Assembly (NCBI RefSeq): GCF_009914755.1
Contig: NC_060943.1
Length of the DNA stretch: 64,000 nucleotides
Direction: 5' to 3' (one strand)
From: the human T2T-CHM13v2.0 reference genome, Homo sapiens
Shown: one piece after another, positions 27,404 through 49,851 of the stretch
How the letters are laid out: each line of letters opens with the position of its first letter
Position numbering within the stretch: position 1 is the stretch's first letter
Translations under genes and position numbers: made by a program
Notes under the pieces: model-generated
Seen by the model: only the letters and a program-made list of their open reading frames with translations
Databases searched by the model: none
Told to the model about the DNA's origin: nothing

Positions 27404-28367
27404 CCTGCTCTAACTTTGAAGAGCCTGGGCCGGGCTCCCGGACCACCCCACCTCTCTATCCAGAAGTGACCCTTGGGAGCTCTGTCCCATCCCGAGGCTG
27501 ACACTGTCAGTGTGCAAGGACACCTGCAATCCCACCAGGAGTCTCGGTTCCCTGAGCTCCAGGCACGGGAACTGGCCCATACAGCATCTCCACTACCGGG
27601 CACCTCAACTTGAACACATCCAAACCCGACTCTGGATTTTTTCTCTCCTAGAACAGTCCCTCTCTGAGTCTGTCTTAGACTGGACCTGCGGAGCCCTCCG
27701 GGCATCCATGCCGCCTCCCTCCTCTCTGATCCCCCACCCTTTCCACTGCAAACGGTGTGGGCTCAGCTGTCCAAGCACATCCAGAATCAGACCCACCAGG
27801 ACAGCTCAGCCACTGCCATGACAGCAAGCCTGTCGCCTCTCCCGGCCCCTGGGCCTGTGTGCAAGCTGCAACCAGAGGAGTCATCTGAAACTGAGGTGAG
27901 GGTGACGACTTCCTATTTCTCTCGGGGTCAAAGCCCAAGTCCTCCTGGAGCCCCAGCAGGCCCTGCACCATCTGCTTTTTCTCTCCCCACCCTCTCCTCC
28001 CTCTCTCCCCCTCCTCCCTGTGCTCCAGCCACAGGGGCCTCCTCCCTATTCCTCCAACATGCCAGGAACAGTCCTGCCTGCCCCAGGGCCTTTGTACGGG
28101 CTGTGGCTCTGCCCAGAGCCGTGGTGTGGACCCCTCACCTCCACAGCATGCTCTCCAGAGACGTCCTCATGCCCTCCCGTTGTAGAAAGAAGGCCCCTCA
28201 CCCTCAAGCCTCTCGCCCGACTGCATTTCCTTCCACCACGCACATCACACCAGAGGCAGCACCTCTAACTGTTTCTGGAATACTGCCTCCTCCACTAGAA
28301 GGTCCCAAGAGCAGGGATTTTCCTTTTTCTTTATTTACAGTGAACAATTCCATCACAGCTACCTACA

Positions 28368-28586
28368 GCAGGAGCTGGCAAATGTTTCTACAAAGGGCTA
28401 GACAGTAAATCTTGGCCTTGCACAACAGTTTCTGCTGGGACTACCCAGTTCTGCTGCTGCAGCACAAAAGCGACCACAGACAGTCTCTGTAAACAAGTGG
28501 CTGTGGCTCAGTGCCAATAAAACTTTATTTATGAACACAGGTGGTGGGCCGGATTTGACCTGTGGGCCGTAGGTGGCCAACCCCTG
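28368..28586 (-). mobile_element. MER58A-like (hAT-Charlie)
   Basis: CAGGGGTTGGCCACCTACGGCCCACAGGTCAAATCCGGCCC...AATAAAGTTTTATTGG on minus strand. Confidence 0.8.
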
Positions 28587-28795
28587 GTTGTGCTAAGGGC
28601 CTGGCACAGGGGAGGTGCTCAGTAAATCTGCTGCCTGAATAAGCCAACAGTTGGGTGCTCTAAGCCCTGCCAGATCATGCAGTCACTGGGGAAGGCTGGC
28701 TTCCTGCCGATCCCTGTTCCTTCTCCCGCAGGGTGTGCTGGCTGAGTGGGGGGGCCGACCAATGAACAAACAGCATATTGAACCACACGTGACTA

Positions 28796-29023
<228 letters not shown>

Positions 29024-29472
29024 TCAGAAGGTGTGGGTGGCCGGGCATGGTGGCTCACACCAGTAATCCCAGTAGTTTGGGAGGCTGGGGCAGGAGACTT
29101 GCTTGAGCCCAGGAATTTCAGAGACCAGCCTGGACAACATAGTAAGACCCCACCTCTAAAAATAAATAAATAAATTAGCCAGGCATGGTGGTGCAGGCTT
29201 GTGGTCCTAGCTACTCTGGAGGCTGAGGTGGGAGGATCACTTAGGCCCAGGAGGTCAAGGCTGCAGTGAGCTATGACCACACCACTGCACTCTAGTCTGG
29301 GCAACAGAGCAACCCTGTCTCTAATTAAAGAAAAAAATAGATGAGGGGAGAGGCTCCAATGGCTGCCAGACTCACCAACCCCCCTAGACCCTCTTCCCTG
29401 CCAGCCAGGGATGGCCAAGGCCTGAGCTCACTTCTCCACACAAGGGCAAACACCACCTGCCATTGGCGCTCA

Positions 29473-29910
<438 letters not shown>

Positions 29911-30095
29911 TTAGGGGAGGACAGGATGGGTGACAAGATTTCATGATCCAAGTGTTCCGGAAACAATGGCCTAAGTCTCACAGCGGCAAGCTCTAATAGT
30001 TTCTCCTCTTCACTGACTCTTCGGCCCACAGTCGCTATCCTTTATTTCGTAGTTTGCTTTATTTTATTTATTTATTTCTTTATTTAATTTTTTGA

Positions 30096-30197
<102 letters not shown>

Positions 30198-31106
30198 TGA
30201 GTAGCTGGGATTATAGGTGCCTGCCACCATGCCCGGCTAATTTTTGTATTTTTAGTAGAGACAAGGTTTCATCATGTTGGCCAGGCTAGTCTCGAACTCC
30301 TGACCTCAGATGATCCGCCAGCCCCAGCCTCCCAAAGTGCTGGGTTTACAGACGTGAGCCACCGCACCTGGCCTAAATGAACAATTTTTAAACTTGAATT
30401 TATTTTAAGAGGAGATGTTAGTATTCTACGTGGAAAAGCAGCACCTCCACACACAGAACAACGAAAACCAAACCAAAGGGAAGCATCACAGGGACATAAA
30501 ATACTAACTAGAGTGGGTGCCTGGGCTCAGGCCTGCAATCCCAGCACTTTAAGAGGCTGAGGTGGGCGGGTCGCTTGAGCCCAGAAGTTCAAGACCTGCC
30601 TGGGCCTGGGCAACATGGCAAGACCTTGTCTCTACAAAAAAAAAAAAAAAAGTCCAGGCACAGTGGCTCACGCTTGTAATCCCAGCACTTTGGGAAGCCG
30701 AGGGGGGCGGATCACAAGGTCACGAGTTTGAGACTGTCCTGGCCAACATGGTGAAACCCCATCTCTACTAAAAATACAAAAATTGGCTGGGCATGGTGGC
30801 ACGTGCCTGTACTCGGGAGGCTGAGGCAGGAGAATTGCTTGAACCTGGGAGTCAGAGGTTGCAGTGAGCCAAGATCATACCACTGCACTCCAGCCTGGTG
30901 ACAGGGCAAGACTCCGTCTCAAAAAAAAAAATTAAAATATTAGCTGGGAGTGGTGACTCACACCCACAGTCCTAGCAAATGTACATATGGCAGCAGCACA
31001 TAATAGAATTCATTGTTAACATTCCATTGGAGGCATTAACCAATGCAATTAGAAAAGTGAACAGGCTAAGAGGCATAGGAATGCAAAAGCAAGACCCTCA
31101 TATCTA

Positions 31107-31484
<378 letters not shown>

Positions 31485-31723
31485 TCAGCATGTCCTAGTG
31501 GCACTAACACTGGGACTCATAAGTCCAGTGTTTCATCCTCAGACTGGCTGAGGTCAGGAGGGCCCTTTGGACACTGGTCTGAGGCCTGTCCTGGCGGTTG
31601 CACTGCGGGAAGACGTGAGCAGATGGAAGGAATGGCACGGAAGGCCAGGAGGCAGCTTCGGTGGCTGCCCAGGGCCCAGGGCCCTGCAGGTGAATTCCTT
31701 GGGTTCCAGCCAGAGACACTCAC

Positions 31724-32248
<525 letters not shown>

Positions 32249-33112
32249 CCAACAGGGGCAGGTGGGCTGGGCAAGCCAACGGCGGCACCCCAGCAGGTGC
32301 CTGGACCCAAAGGCTCTGGTCTGGGCTGTCCCTTAGAGCCAGGTGGCTCTGGGCAAGCACAGTCCCCGGACCCAGGGCTTCCCCATGCTTAAACAGGGCT
32401 GGCACGGCGTTTCCAGGGTATTGAGAGATAGGGGACCTGAGCCTTCCTCGTGTCTAAATGGGGCTGGCACAGCATCTCTGGAGGATCAAAGGGAGAAACG
32501 GCAGCAGGGCCTCCAGCTCTACCACTTGAGTGGGTCACCAGCCCCACATCCCCAAGCCGACTTGTTTGATTGGCATCACCCCAGCCCACCTAAGGACTCT
32601 GCACGTCTGAGAGTGCAAGGAGCCACTAAAACAGCCTGGCGGGGCCAGGTGCGGTGGCTCACACCTGTAATCCCAGCACCTTGAGAGGCTGAGGCAGGTG
32701 GATCACTTGAGGTCAGGAGTTCGAGACCAGCCTGGGGAACATGGCAAGACCCCATCTCTACAAAACCCACAATTAGTTAGGTGTGGTGGTGCATGCCTGT
32801 AGTCCCAGCTACTCAAGAGGCTGAGGCAAGAGGATTGCCTTGAGCCTGGGAAGTTGAGGCTGCAGTGGGTCATGATTGCACCAGTGTACTCCAGCCTAGA
32901 CGACAGTGAGACCCTGTCTCAAAAAACAAGAACAAACAAGCAAAGCAAAACCCCAGCCTGGAAGGAGGTTTCACGTGCATCACTGGCAAAGCCACTCAGA
33001 CTGATCACCTAAAATCTGCCAGAATGCTACTGTCAAGAATGCAAAAGAAGGCCGGGTGTGGTGGCTCACACCTGTAATCCCAACACTTTGGGAGGCCGAG
33101 GCGGGCGGATCA

Positions 33113-33396
<284 letters not shown>

Positions 33397-34355
33397 TCAT
33401 TTTTGCAAGAGCACACAAGGGCCTCCTTGGTTTGTCCCAGCCCTTCCATCCTCTGGTGCAGGGGAAGGGAGGGTTTCTCTGGACGCCTGGTGTCCCCATC
33501 ATCATCTGCTCTCCTCTGCCCCAGCCTCTTTGGCCCAGGGCTCTGTCTGCGAGTTCTCCAACATGATGTTACTTAACTTCCTGACACCCTTCTGGGTCTT
33601 ATGGGATTTGCAACTTCCGAGAGAACTGATCAATGTGGGGCTATTGGGGGTCCCCTGGGAGGGCAGGGATGTGAGAGAAGGGAGGGATATGCTGGGCTGC
33701 AGGGGGTGGCTACGGAGGAGGGGGCCGAGGGAGATGCGGTCACAGGTGTGGTCTGCTGGTGACCGCCTTGCTGCGGGGTGATGATGCCTTTTGCTGCCTG
33801 ATGGCGCCTCCAGGCTGTGGGGTCCTTTGAGATGACCCCCAGGTGATGAGGACCCTGTGTACTAGATCTGAGGAGGTCGGGGGGATGGGGATCCAGAACA
33901 CTCTCCTCCCCACAGTAGCTGACGGGTCCGGTGAACGGACCTGAGGATCTGCCTGAAACGCTGGAGGAAACAGCCCGTCCGAAGTTGGGGTCCCCCAGCC
34001 ATCTGCCCCACGGAGTTCTCTGTTCTGGAAACTTGGAGAGAGGGCAGCTCTGGATCCACACGTCACCCACTCCCGAGGTGGCCTGGGAGCACCTGCCGCG
34101 CCTGTCCTCGCAGGGCCCCTGCCCGGTGCTTGTTCCTTACCGCGGCGTGGCCTCCAGTCTCAGGACCCACTCTGTGAGGCAGGGAGGCCAGCTCGCCACG
34201 CCGCATTCTAGGCACAGGTCCAGAGACACACAGGGAAGGCCTGTGGCTAGGCGGACCGGGCGGCAGGGCTGGGGCCTGGGGAGTGCCCCCGAGAGGGAGG
34301 TGAGTGACCTGCCCATCCACCCAGCTGCCTACCCGGCCCTTCCCCGCATCATCTA

Positions 34356-34487
<132 letters not shown>

Positions 34488-35249
34488 TCACCCGTGTGTG
34501 CCGAGAGCCGGCACGGGGGGCCTGGGCTGTGGGGTGACGTCCACAGAGAGGTGTACAATTGGAGTGGGGGAGGCAGGAGAAGCCAGGTGTCCCACGGTCT
34601 GTCTGTAGGCACATCGTCCTGCTGGAACAGGCATGACACCCTCAGGTGGGGACCTTCTGACTTTGGGCCTGGATCGCATTCCCAACAGTGATGTGGCATC
34701 TGGCTTTCTCATTTAAAAACACGGGCCACACCCTGTGCTGAGAGCTGGGGCTTGTAGGGGCCGCAGATACCAGGAAGATGCCATCCCTGCCTTGGGAGAG
34801 CTCCAGAGCAGACGGTGAAGCCCGAGGCATCACAGTAAAACTGACAACGTGACAAGTGGGGTGTGTCCCATGCAAAACCAGGGAGCCCGTGTGACAGCCA
34901 GACCTGCGCCCTCCGGAGGCCAATGGCGACAGAATAAGGGACCCAAGAGGCTTCTGAAGAGTGGGACTTAGTTCAGGCTCCGAAAGAGGGCGCGGGCCAC
35001 AGCAGAGCGGAGAATGCTTATTTTTTTGGCTAGACCTACGAGAAACTCAACTCCAGCCCTCGTGGCTCTGGCCTCCAGGGCAGGTGACATCTCTGAGCCT
35101 GTTTTCTCATCTGTCATACGAGGGGGAAAAGACTGACTTAGCTCATTTGCAGTGGGAGTTGGAAAGACCGTACAGGAAGCTTCCATCTAGCACGGCACAG
35201 AGCAGGCACTCGCGGAGTATGGGCAATAACGATGCTCTTATATGGTCCC

Positions 35250-35990
<741 letters not shown>

Positions 35991-36137
35991 CTCACTTCTG
36001 AGCAATATGATCCGGTGGCCATGGTAAGCCAGGAGAAAGGGGCGGCCCCTGCAGGGCAGAAGCCTTCCTTCTACACCCCCATAGATGCCCAGAGCACACA
36101 CATGCAGCTCAGAGGGCCTGGGGGACAGTGCACCTCA

Positions 36138-36383
<246 letters not shown>

Positions 36384-36503
36384 TCAGCACCCCCCGCCCC
36401 CTGCAGCACCGGGGCCTGAAGATGGGCACCGAGGGCTCTGAAACCAGAACCCCGGCTCTGCCATTCGCTAGACCTTATGCCAGTCCCAACTCTCTGGGCT
36501 TCA

Positions 36504-36911
<408 letters not shown>

Positions 36912-36970
36912 TCAACAAGGGGTGAGCAGCCTGCTAACACTGGGGACAGCCAGGGGCTCAAGGAGAGCAT

Positions 36971-37190
36971 GAGAGAGAGGGAGAGAGAAGGAGGGAAGGA
37001 AAGGGAAGGAGAGGGGGAGGGAGAGGGAGGGAGAGGGAGGGAGAGGGAGGGAGAGGGAGGGAGAGGGAGGGAGAGGGAGGGAGAGGGAGGGAAGGAAAGG
37101 GAAGGAGAGAGGGAGGGAGAGGGAGGGAGAGGGAGGGAGAGGGAGGGAGAGGGAGGGAGAGGGAGGGAGAGGGAGGGAGAGGGAGGGAGA
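36971..37190. repeat. Polypurine (GAGGGAGGGA)n repeat
   Basis: About 220 bp of pure G/A with a 10-bp unit. Confidence 0.97.
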
Positions 37191-37213
37191 GCTCGGAGCC
37201 GACTGCTTTCAAG

Positions 37214-37395
37214 CAGGGTTGCTCCACCCCACACTGTGGACACTGGGGCCCTCTTGGTCTCTGGGGTGGGGCCGTCCAGGGCACAGCAGGGTGCTGAGCA
37301 GTGTCCCTGGCCTCCACTCACCCCATGGCAAGCCAGGAGCACCCCCGCCCAAGTGTGCCGTCTAAAAACGTCTCTGGACATCGCCGAGTGGCCAG
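37214..37395 (-). mobile_element. MER20
   Basis: Reverse match to the MER20 core. Confidence 0.7.
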
Positions 37396-37782
37396 GTTTG
37401 GAAAGTGGGGCCCGGGCTTATGGGACGGAGAGGCAGCGATCAGTGACTTGAAACCAAGACAAGGAAGGATGGGGTCACTTCTGATGAGCAAGGGAGTGGA
37501 GAGAACACGCAGGAAGCAGGTGAGATGTGGTCTTGACTTGATGGGGCTGGACAGGCAGAGTGGAGGGGAAGGTGTGCAGGGGCAGAAATGCCCAGGGGCA
37601 CCTGGAAGAGGGTCCAGAGCACCGTGGCTGGGCTGACGCCTGCAGCAGAAAACCACAGAGCGGCAGGGTGCGGTAGCTCATGCCTGTAATCTCAGGACCT
37701 TGGGAGGCCGAGGCAGGTAGATCATTTGAGGTCAGGAGCTCAAGAGCAGCCTGGCCAACATGGGGAAACCTCGTCACAACTA

Positions 37783-38070
<288 letters not shown>

Positions 38071-38172
38071 CTACAGAAGGTATGCACGGGAGGGTGGCTT
38101 GTGAGGGGTGTGTGCAGGAAGACCCTGGCTGTGGGGGCAATGGGGCCTTTCTGGAAGCTGGCCAGGTGGCTA

Positions 38173-38653
<481 letters not shown>

Positions 38654-39429
38654 TCAGTGGGCAAAGAGGATCTCCCGCTGGCCAGGGCAGAGATCCTCGG
38701 GCTGGGGCATTCCCAGGGAATCTGACTTCGGGCCTCGCCAGAGAGAACTTCCTGTACTGGGCAGAATTGGCTGCCGGAGCCCTTGACACAGTGGGTGGCC
38801 AAAGATTGCCAGCGAACCTGGCCCTGCAGGACTGGCTGAGTGTCCTAGGAGGTGGCAGGGGAGACTCTGGGGCCAGAAGCCTCCTCACTTCCTGAGTTCC
38901 CTCCCCACAGACCCTCTCCATAGCAGATGGGGGCCCCTGGGAGGGGCTGTCCCTGCCCCACACCACCGGAGTACTCTCTCCGGGTCCCTAGTGCCATTCT
39001 TACAGACTCCCCACCCTCCTACCCTATTCACAATCCCTTCCCATCAAGAGCTTTCAATTTCGTAATCCCAGCACTTTGGGAGGCCGAGGTGGGCAGATCA
39101 CGAGGTCAGAAATTCGAGACCAGCCTGGCCAATATGGTGAAACCCCGTCTCTACTAAAAATACAAAAATTAGCCGGGTGTGGTGGCACGCGCCTGTAGTC
39201 CCAGCTACTTGGGACGCTGAGGCAGAAGAATCACTTGAACCGGGAGGCAGAGGTTGCAGTGAGCCGAGATTGCGCCACTGCACTATAGCCTGAGTGACAG
39301 AGTGAGACTTTGTCTCAAAAAAAAAAGCAGAATCAAAAGCAAAATTACCCCTACACTCTGTGGAAAGCAGTGTAAACACAAGGACACTGGCTTGGGGACT
39401 CAGAGACAGGCCAAAGTGAGGGCCAGTGA

Positions 39430-39894
<465 letters not shown>

Positions 39895-40071
39895 TAACCA
39901 GTCTCTCTAAAAGGGCCTCAAGCCAAGTTAATTCCCAATCTTTGGTGATGCCGTTAAAAGGAAGAGATGCTTTTGGTAAGAGTTTCTCTGTCGCTTGAGT
40001 ACAGGTGGTCAGGGGGAGGAGGGAAGGCTCACCCGCCAGAGTCCACAGGACGGAGGGTTTGTGGGAACTCA

Positions 40072-40329
<258 letters not shown>

Positions 40330-40454
40330 TCAGGATGGGGAGACGCCCTCAGCCTGCAGCTGGGCCCAGCTGGTTCCCTCTGCTTCTAGAACATTCTGCC
40401 AGGCCGCCGGCGGGACAGCCCTCCCCGGAAAGCTATGGATCCTGGGTTTGCTTA

Positions 40455-40724
<270 letters not shown>

Positions 40725-41024
40725 TCAGAAACAAACATCCAACTCTCAACAGGTTGGGTTCGGCTCTCCAAGGCCCTTTATCAAGGCTTTTGCAGACGAC
40801 AAGAATTTAATATAGGATTAGAGGGAGGGCAAAACCATCAAAAAGGAATGAGGGCCAGGCGACATGGCTCACGCCTGTCATCCCAGCACTTTGGGAGGCC
40901 GAGGCAAGCAGATGACTTGAGGTCAGGAGTTCGAGACCAGACTGGACAACATGGTGAAACCCCATCTCTACTAAAAACACAAAAATTAGCCGGGCGTGGT
41001 GGCACGCGCCTGTAATCCCAGCTA

Positions 41025-41377
<353 letters not shown>

Positions 41378-41804
41378 ATTTAATCGAAGCTTCTGTAGAA
41401 AATGACGGTAGTGAGAGCTGCCAAGCGAGGGTTTTGGGTGGATTACATGAGGTAAGAAACGTAAAGCTCTCGGCACAATGTGTGTGACCCTCTGTGAAAT
41501 CAGCGTATTTCATCAGTAAGCCGCGGCTTTCCACCTACGCATGTCTCTGGGCTTGGGATGGGTCTTACTGCGGAAGGCGCAATCAGGTCCTTAGTGGCAA
41601 ATAAAATAACTGTGTATTTTCCAAATGGTCATGTCTTAGATCTGCTGGATGACAGTACAATTGTCATTAGAAAAGGGAATGGCAGAAGCAGGATGGTAAC
41701 CCCTGGGAAGCCTCGGTTTCCCCTCTCCATGCGACACCACTGAAAAACCGGGACAGGGCTCCTCCAAGCATAAAGCTGTCCAGTAGCCCACAAACGTGAC
41801 ATGA

Positions 41805-42299
<495 letters not shown>

Positions 42300-42338
42300 T
42301 AGTGCTTAATTAGTAATATCTGTGCCATTTTTATTTCT

Positions 42339-42812
42339 TGTTACAGGCAGCCGCAGGGTCCTCCAGTTCCTCCTGCTTGCTTTCTGTGTCCTGACTGAAA
42401 ATCACAGACTGCCCTGACCTCTGTGGCTCAGCCAGCTGCAGGTTTTTCCCTACAGGCTTGAACCAGAGCCTAGAACATTCCCAGGCACTGATAAATACCG
42501 AAAGCCAGCCCAGGCCCTGAGCCAAAATCCTTAAACCCTCACATAAACTCCATACCCTGACCCCCTTGCCGAGGACACACCTGGCTGTAGAACACGCCTT
42601 TTCTCTGATGCCCATTGCAAGGACACTGAAGCCCACCCTGCACCGAAGACCCCCTGGAAAATGCTTTGGACTCATCCCCCTGGCATTTAGGGTTCCTTTC
42701 TTTGGAATCCCAACCAGCCCCATCTGGGGACGGTTCAGGGCACTCCCTTGTGGGAACTCCTCTGCTGCTGCTTTTGGGGTGACTGTAGCTGTGGGTTCAG
42801 TGGGATGAAACA
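42339..42812 (+). mobile_element. Solo ERVL-class LTR (MER54/MER74-like)
   Basis: TG...CA ends, about 470 bp, GAACATTCCCAGGCACTGATAAA motif; subfamily uncertain. Confidence 0.5.
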
Positions 42813-42822
42813 GAATCTTCTC

Positions 42823-43465
<643 letters not shown>

Positions 43466-43869
43466 TGACCTCGTGATCTGCCTGCCTCGGCCTCCCAAAG
43501 TGCTGGGATTACAGGCGTGAGCCACCACACCCGGCCAGTTGTTTGTTTGTTTTTTTTTTTAAAGAAAGAAACAGCAACTTCTAGTTGTGGCAAGGAACAC
43601 AGGTTTCCCACGCATGAGGAAGCGCGCTTGTGAAGTACAGTAGTGACGGAAGGATGTACTTAAAGAAAAAGATTAGATTAACAGGGTTCCTTTTAAAGTG
43701 TATTTATGAAAAATGCAAAGTTCAGTGAGATGTGTGTGGGAAGGAGAAAAATCGTGCGGAGACTCAGGGGTGAGCAAAAGAACGCAAGTGCTGGAAACAC
43801 GACTCAATCTCTAAGAGCCCTTGAAGCTGCCAGGACCCTGCCCGTCCGGCCGCCCATGGGGATGAGGGT

Positions 43870-44120
43870 CAAGTGATGTGTGATTTCGCTCGTGTGAAAT
43901 GTCCAGAACAAGCCAATCCACAGAGACAGGAAGTGGGTTCATGGTTGCCCGGGGCTTGGGAGTGATGGTTGATGGGGTTGCTTTTTGGGGCGAGTGAATG
44001 TTCTAGAAGTAGACAATGGTGATGGCTGCACAACTCTGTGAATGCGTGACTAAAAGCCACTGAGTTTCACACCTTCAAAAGTGAAACTGTGCAATGTGAA
44101 TTACATCTCAATTTTTAAAA
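43870..44120 (+). mobile_element. L1M 3' UTR fragment
   Basis: GTGAATGTTCTAGAAGTAGACAATGGTGATGGCTGCACAACTCTGTGAAT; a similar fragment lies at ~15240-15500. Confidence 0.7.
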
Positions 44121-45619
44121 AGCACCCTGGGCCAACAGGAGGGGTGGGAGGGATGGGAGGGCCTGGGCAGCTAGTCCACAGGGACTCTCCAGGAGAGCTG
44201 GAGCTTTCCAAACAGGAAATCAAAGCCACAGACTTGCCAAGGACACCAGGGCCACCTCCTTCTAGGCTGATTAATCAATGATCACCAAATGGCCCCTGCC
44301 AGCACATTCCTCGGGCGAGCTGCTGCTGGCACTATGATGGTGACAACTGGCCTTTGAGGCAAGGGCTAGAGGTGACCGCCAAGGGCTGTGGATTTCTGCT
44401 GCCCCATCCCTCCTCGGACCTCCCTCACCAGCTCTGCCCCTGCAAACACACCTGATGCCAACCTGTCACCCACCCATGCCCCGGTGACCCAGGCCTGCGC
44501 AAACACCATTTCCCGTCACTGCACGCTGTGGCCTCGAGTGGCTGGCCTGGTGGGGGATCGTGATCCACACAGGGCTAGGGCTCTCCCCTGGATCTCAGCC
44601 TGGGACGTCGGGAGACAGGAATTCTTGCTTTCCCTTTCGAGGGAGTTCCAGAACTGTCTGGAACCCTGTGGCCTCCTCCAGCCACAGAAGTCACCGTTTG
44701 CAGTGGGGAGAGGCTGATCCGCGTGGGGCGGGAGCGGGGTCGGGAGCGTTTCCCAATGCTGCAGTCTGAGGCCTGGAACCTGAGCCGGCCCCAGCCCATC
44801 TTCCCAGCAGCAGGAACCGCACGTTCCCCCGCTGCTCCTGCTAGCCTGACGCTGGGGGCTTTATCATGTGGATCTGAAAGAGCCTTTCCGGAGGGGCCCA
44901 GTGATTAGCTCCACATGCCCCACAGCAAACCTGGTGCCTGCTGAGGGGACAGGTCCCATGCTTTGAGCAGCAGGCCAGGCCTGGCCTTGAAGTCTGGACA
45001 CTGGGCTAGTGCTAAGAAGTGTTATTATTACTCAGGGGCTGGGGGGAGGCCTGCCCCGAGAACCTGGATGTGACGTGAGCTCAGTGCTGCCCCTGACAGT
45101 GTGAAGTGACAGCCTGGAGTCGTTGAAGGGTGAATTTCACCCCGAAAGGGGCAGTCTGGTTTTTGAGCTACTCTAGGTACGTTCTGGGGTTTCTGCCAAG
45201 TTCATGCCCACTGGGGTGGGCCCTCAGCACCTCCTGTGTACTGTGAGGACCTGCCTGTCCCAGCCCCAGACACACACACGAGCCACAGGCGACCCGACGA
45301 TCTCATCTATGCGGAGTCAATCTGAATCTTTGTCCCGGAAATTTGGAGAAAGTTCCTCCGTTTCTGCTGGTGGCTAGAACCTGAGGCATGGAATCCCAGG
45401 GGCTGTGGAGGGGTTGCGGAGGACAGGTGGGCAGCGAGGTGGGGTGGACCCAGGCACGGACAGATGCCTGGCTTCTGGAAGGCTCTGGTTCTCAGGCGCT
45501 GCTTCCTGAGGTCCACTGGGCTTTCTGCTCTTGGGTTCCATGAGATGCCCCTCTACCTTTACTCCAGGAGTACTTCATGGCTCAGACGAGCTTGGAGGGT
45601 TTCTGTCCCTTTTAGCAGC

Positions 45620-46370
<751 letters not shown>

Positions 46371-47329
46371 CTCCAAACGCCCTGACCAGGACAGCAACCC
46401 CAACGGGAGCAAGTGGCCCAAGACTGTGGGCGCCACAGGATAAAAAAGAGGCAACGGCCCATGGCAGCCGTGGTCTGTACACTTGTAGTCGTAACAGCCA
46501 AGCTCTCTCAGGTAACTGAAACTCAAGCCATTTCAGTCCAATTTCTCCCAGACTAGAGTTGGCCAGCATTCTTAAAGGCCCAGACAGCCCAGGTGCAGTG
46601 GCTGATGCCTGAAACCCTAGCATTTTGGGAGGCTGAGGCAGGAGGACTGCTTGAGCCTAGGGGCTCAAGACCAGCTTGGGCAACACGGCAAAACCTCATC
46701 TCTACAAAAAATACAAAAAATTGTCTGGGCATGGTGGCACGTGCCTATAGTCCCAGCTACCTGGAGGGCTGAGGTTGGGATGATCACCTGAGCCAGGGAT
46801 TTCCAGGCTGCAGTGAGCTGTGATTACACCACTGCACTCCAGCCTGGGCAATGGAGTGAGACCTCATCTCTAAAAAAAAAAATGAAAAATAAAAGGAAGA
46901 CAGTAAATGTTTTCAGCTACGTGGGCCATATGACCTCTGTTGCGGTGACTCTCCTGCTGTAGCTTGAGAACAGCCAAAGATGTCAGGAAAGTAACAGGGA
47001 CCAGGAAAACCTGACTTCTGAAGACGGCTGTCACCTGCCGACCCCTGTTCTGGATGATTCTTCCTTTTAAATTCTTTGTTTGCCAGACCACCATCTGATT
47101 CCCACACAAGTCTGTCTGTGGAGAGGGACTGCGCTGATGGCGGAAGAAGACAGCCACCTGGTGTCCACCTCGGTCACTGTTGTTAGCATGTGGTCAGCCT
47201 CAGGCAGAGGATGACGGCCGTTCACTGGTTCCAATGCTGGCTGGGGGCTGCAGCACACGCGGGCCTGGGCTCAGGGGCTGAGGACACCACCATGAGTCCC
47301 ATGGATGAGTGCAGCGGTCTGGACAAGGA

Positions 47330-47525
47330 TCCCAGCGCCACCCCACCCCCAAGGAACACTTGGCGATGTCTGAGGACATCTGTGGTTGTCACCACTGGGA
47401 TGTGGCTGCTCCTGGCATGGAGTGGGTGGAGGCCAGGAACGCTGCTCAGGACCCTGCAGTGGCCGGACGGCCCCACCCCAGAGAACGATCTGGCCCCAAT
47501 GTCCATGGTGCCAAGCGGGAGAGAC
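47330..47525 (+). mobile_element. MER20
   Basis: MER20 core; 31-nt identity with the copy at 27307-27337. Confidence 0.8.
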
Positions 47526-48020
47526 GCTGCCTTTGGTCCCCAGCCATGTGTCACGCTGCTTTCAAAGACACAGGCCTGGCTGATCTCTCCAAGGTGTCCT
47601 TCCTCCCAGCTCTTAAGGCCTCTGGGTGCAGTGGGCACCATCCGAATATCCGCTGCCCACCTCACGGGAGCCAGGCCCACAGTGGCTGCAGAAGCTGCTG
47701 GAGGACATGCAGCCTAACCCGTGCCCTGAAGGCACTCGTGGTGCAGAGGAGCCCAGTCCCGTGAGGCACTGCAGACGCTGCAGGAGGAGCTGCGTGCAGG
47801 CACACGCCCAGAGGAGGAAGTGTGGATCCAGAGCCTGCAGCAGGGGCTGCAAGCGCGTGGCAAGCCGCCCCTGTGCTGTCACCGGCGGCAAACCAGGTTC
47901 TGCCATCCGGGCGGCTTTCCCGGAACCTCGGGATCCTTCTTGACGCACCTCCACGGCGAGCTCCTCCTGGAGTTACTCCCGACTCCCTCTGGGAATGGTT
48001 CAGTCCAGTCCTGTTTGTCA

Positions 48021-48677
<657 letters not shown>

Positions 48678-49206
48678 CTATGAGAAAGGAGAACTGTTTT
48701 ACCTACGAGCTGCCCCAATGCTGCCCCTTGCGAGGCACTCAGGTTCTTCCAGACGAGCCCCACCCCTGCCGCTTTTCCCACTCCCTAAACACTTCTTGGG
48801 TTGGTCTACCTCTCTCCATGTCACTAATGCTGCTAAGATTCAAGCCACCATCACCTCTCAAATGAATGATCTTTAAAAACATTCTTCTTTTTGGAGATGG
48901 GGGTCTCAACTATGTTCCCCAGGCTGGTCTCAAACTCCTGGCCACAAGCAATCCTCCTGCGTCAGCCTCCCAAGTTGCTAGGACTGCAGGTGTGAGCCAC
49001 CATGCTTGGCTTTGGCTGAATGACTGAAACCACCTCCCACCAGGATGTTCCACATCCACTGCCAAGACCCCATCACTTAAAACCCTTCCTGGTTTTCCAC
49101 AGTCCCCGGGATAACAACCAGTTCTCACCACCACCTCAAGGCTGCTGTCGACCCCTGCCAAGCCCTTGAATCTCATCCTTCTTATCCCTGTGACCCAGCC
49201 AAATGA

Positions 49207-49851
<645 letters not shown>
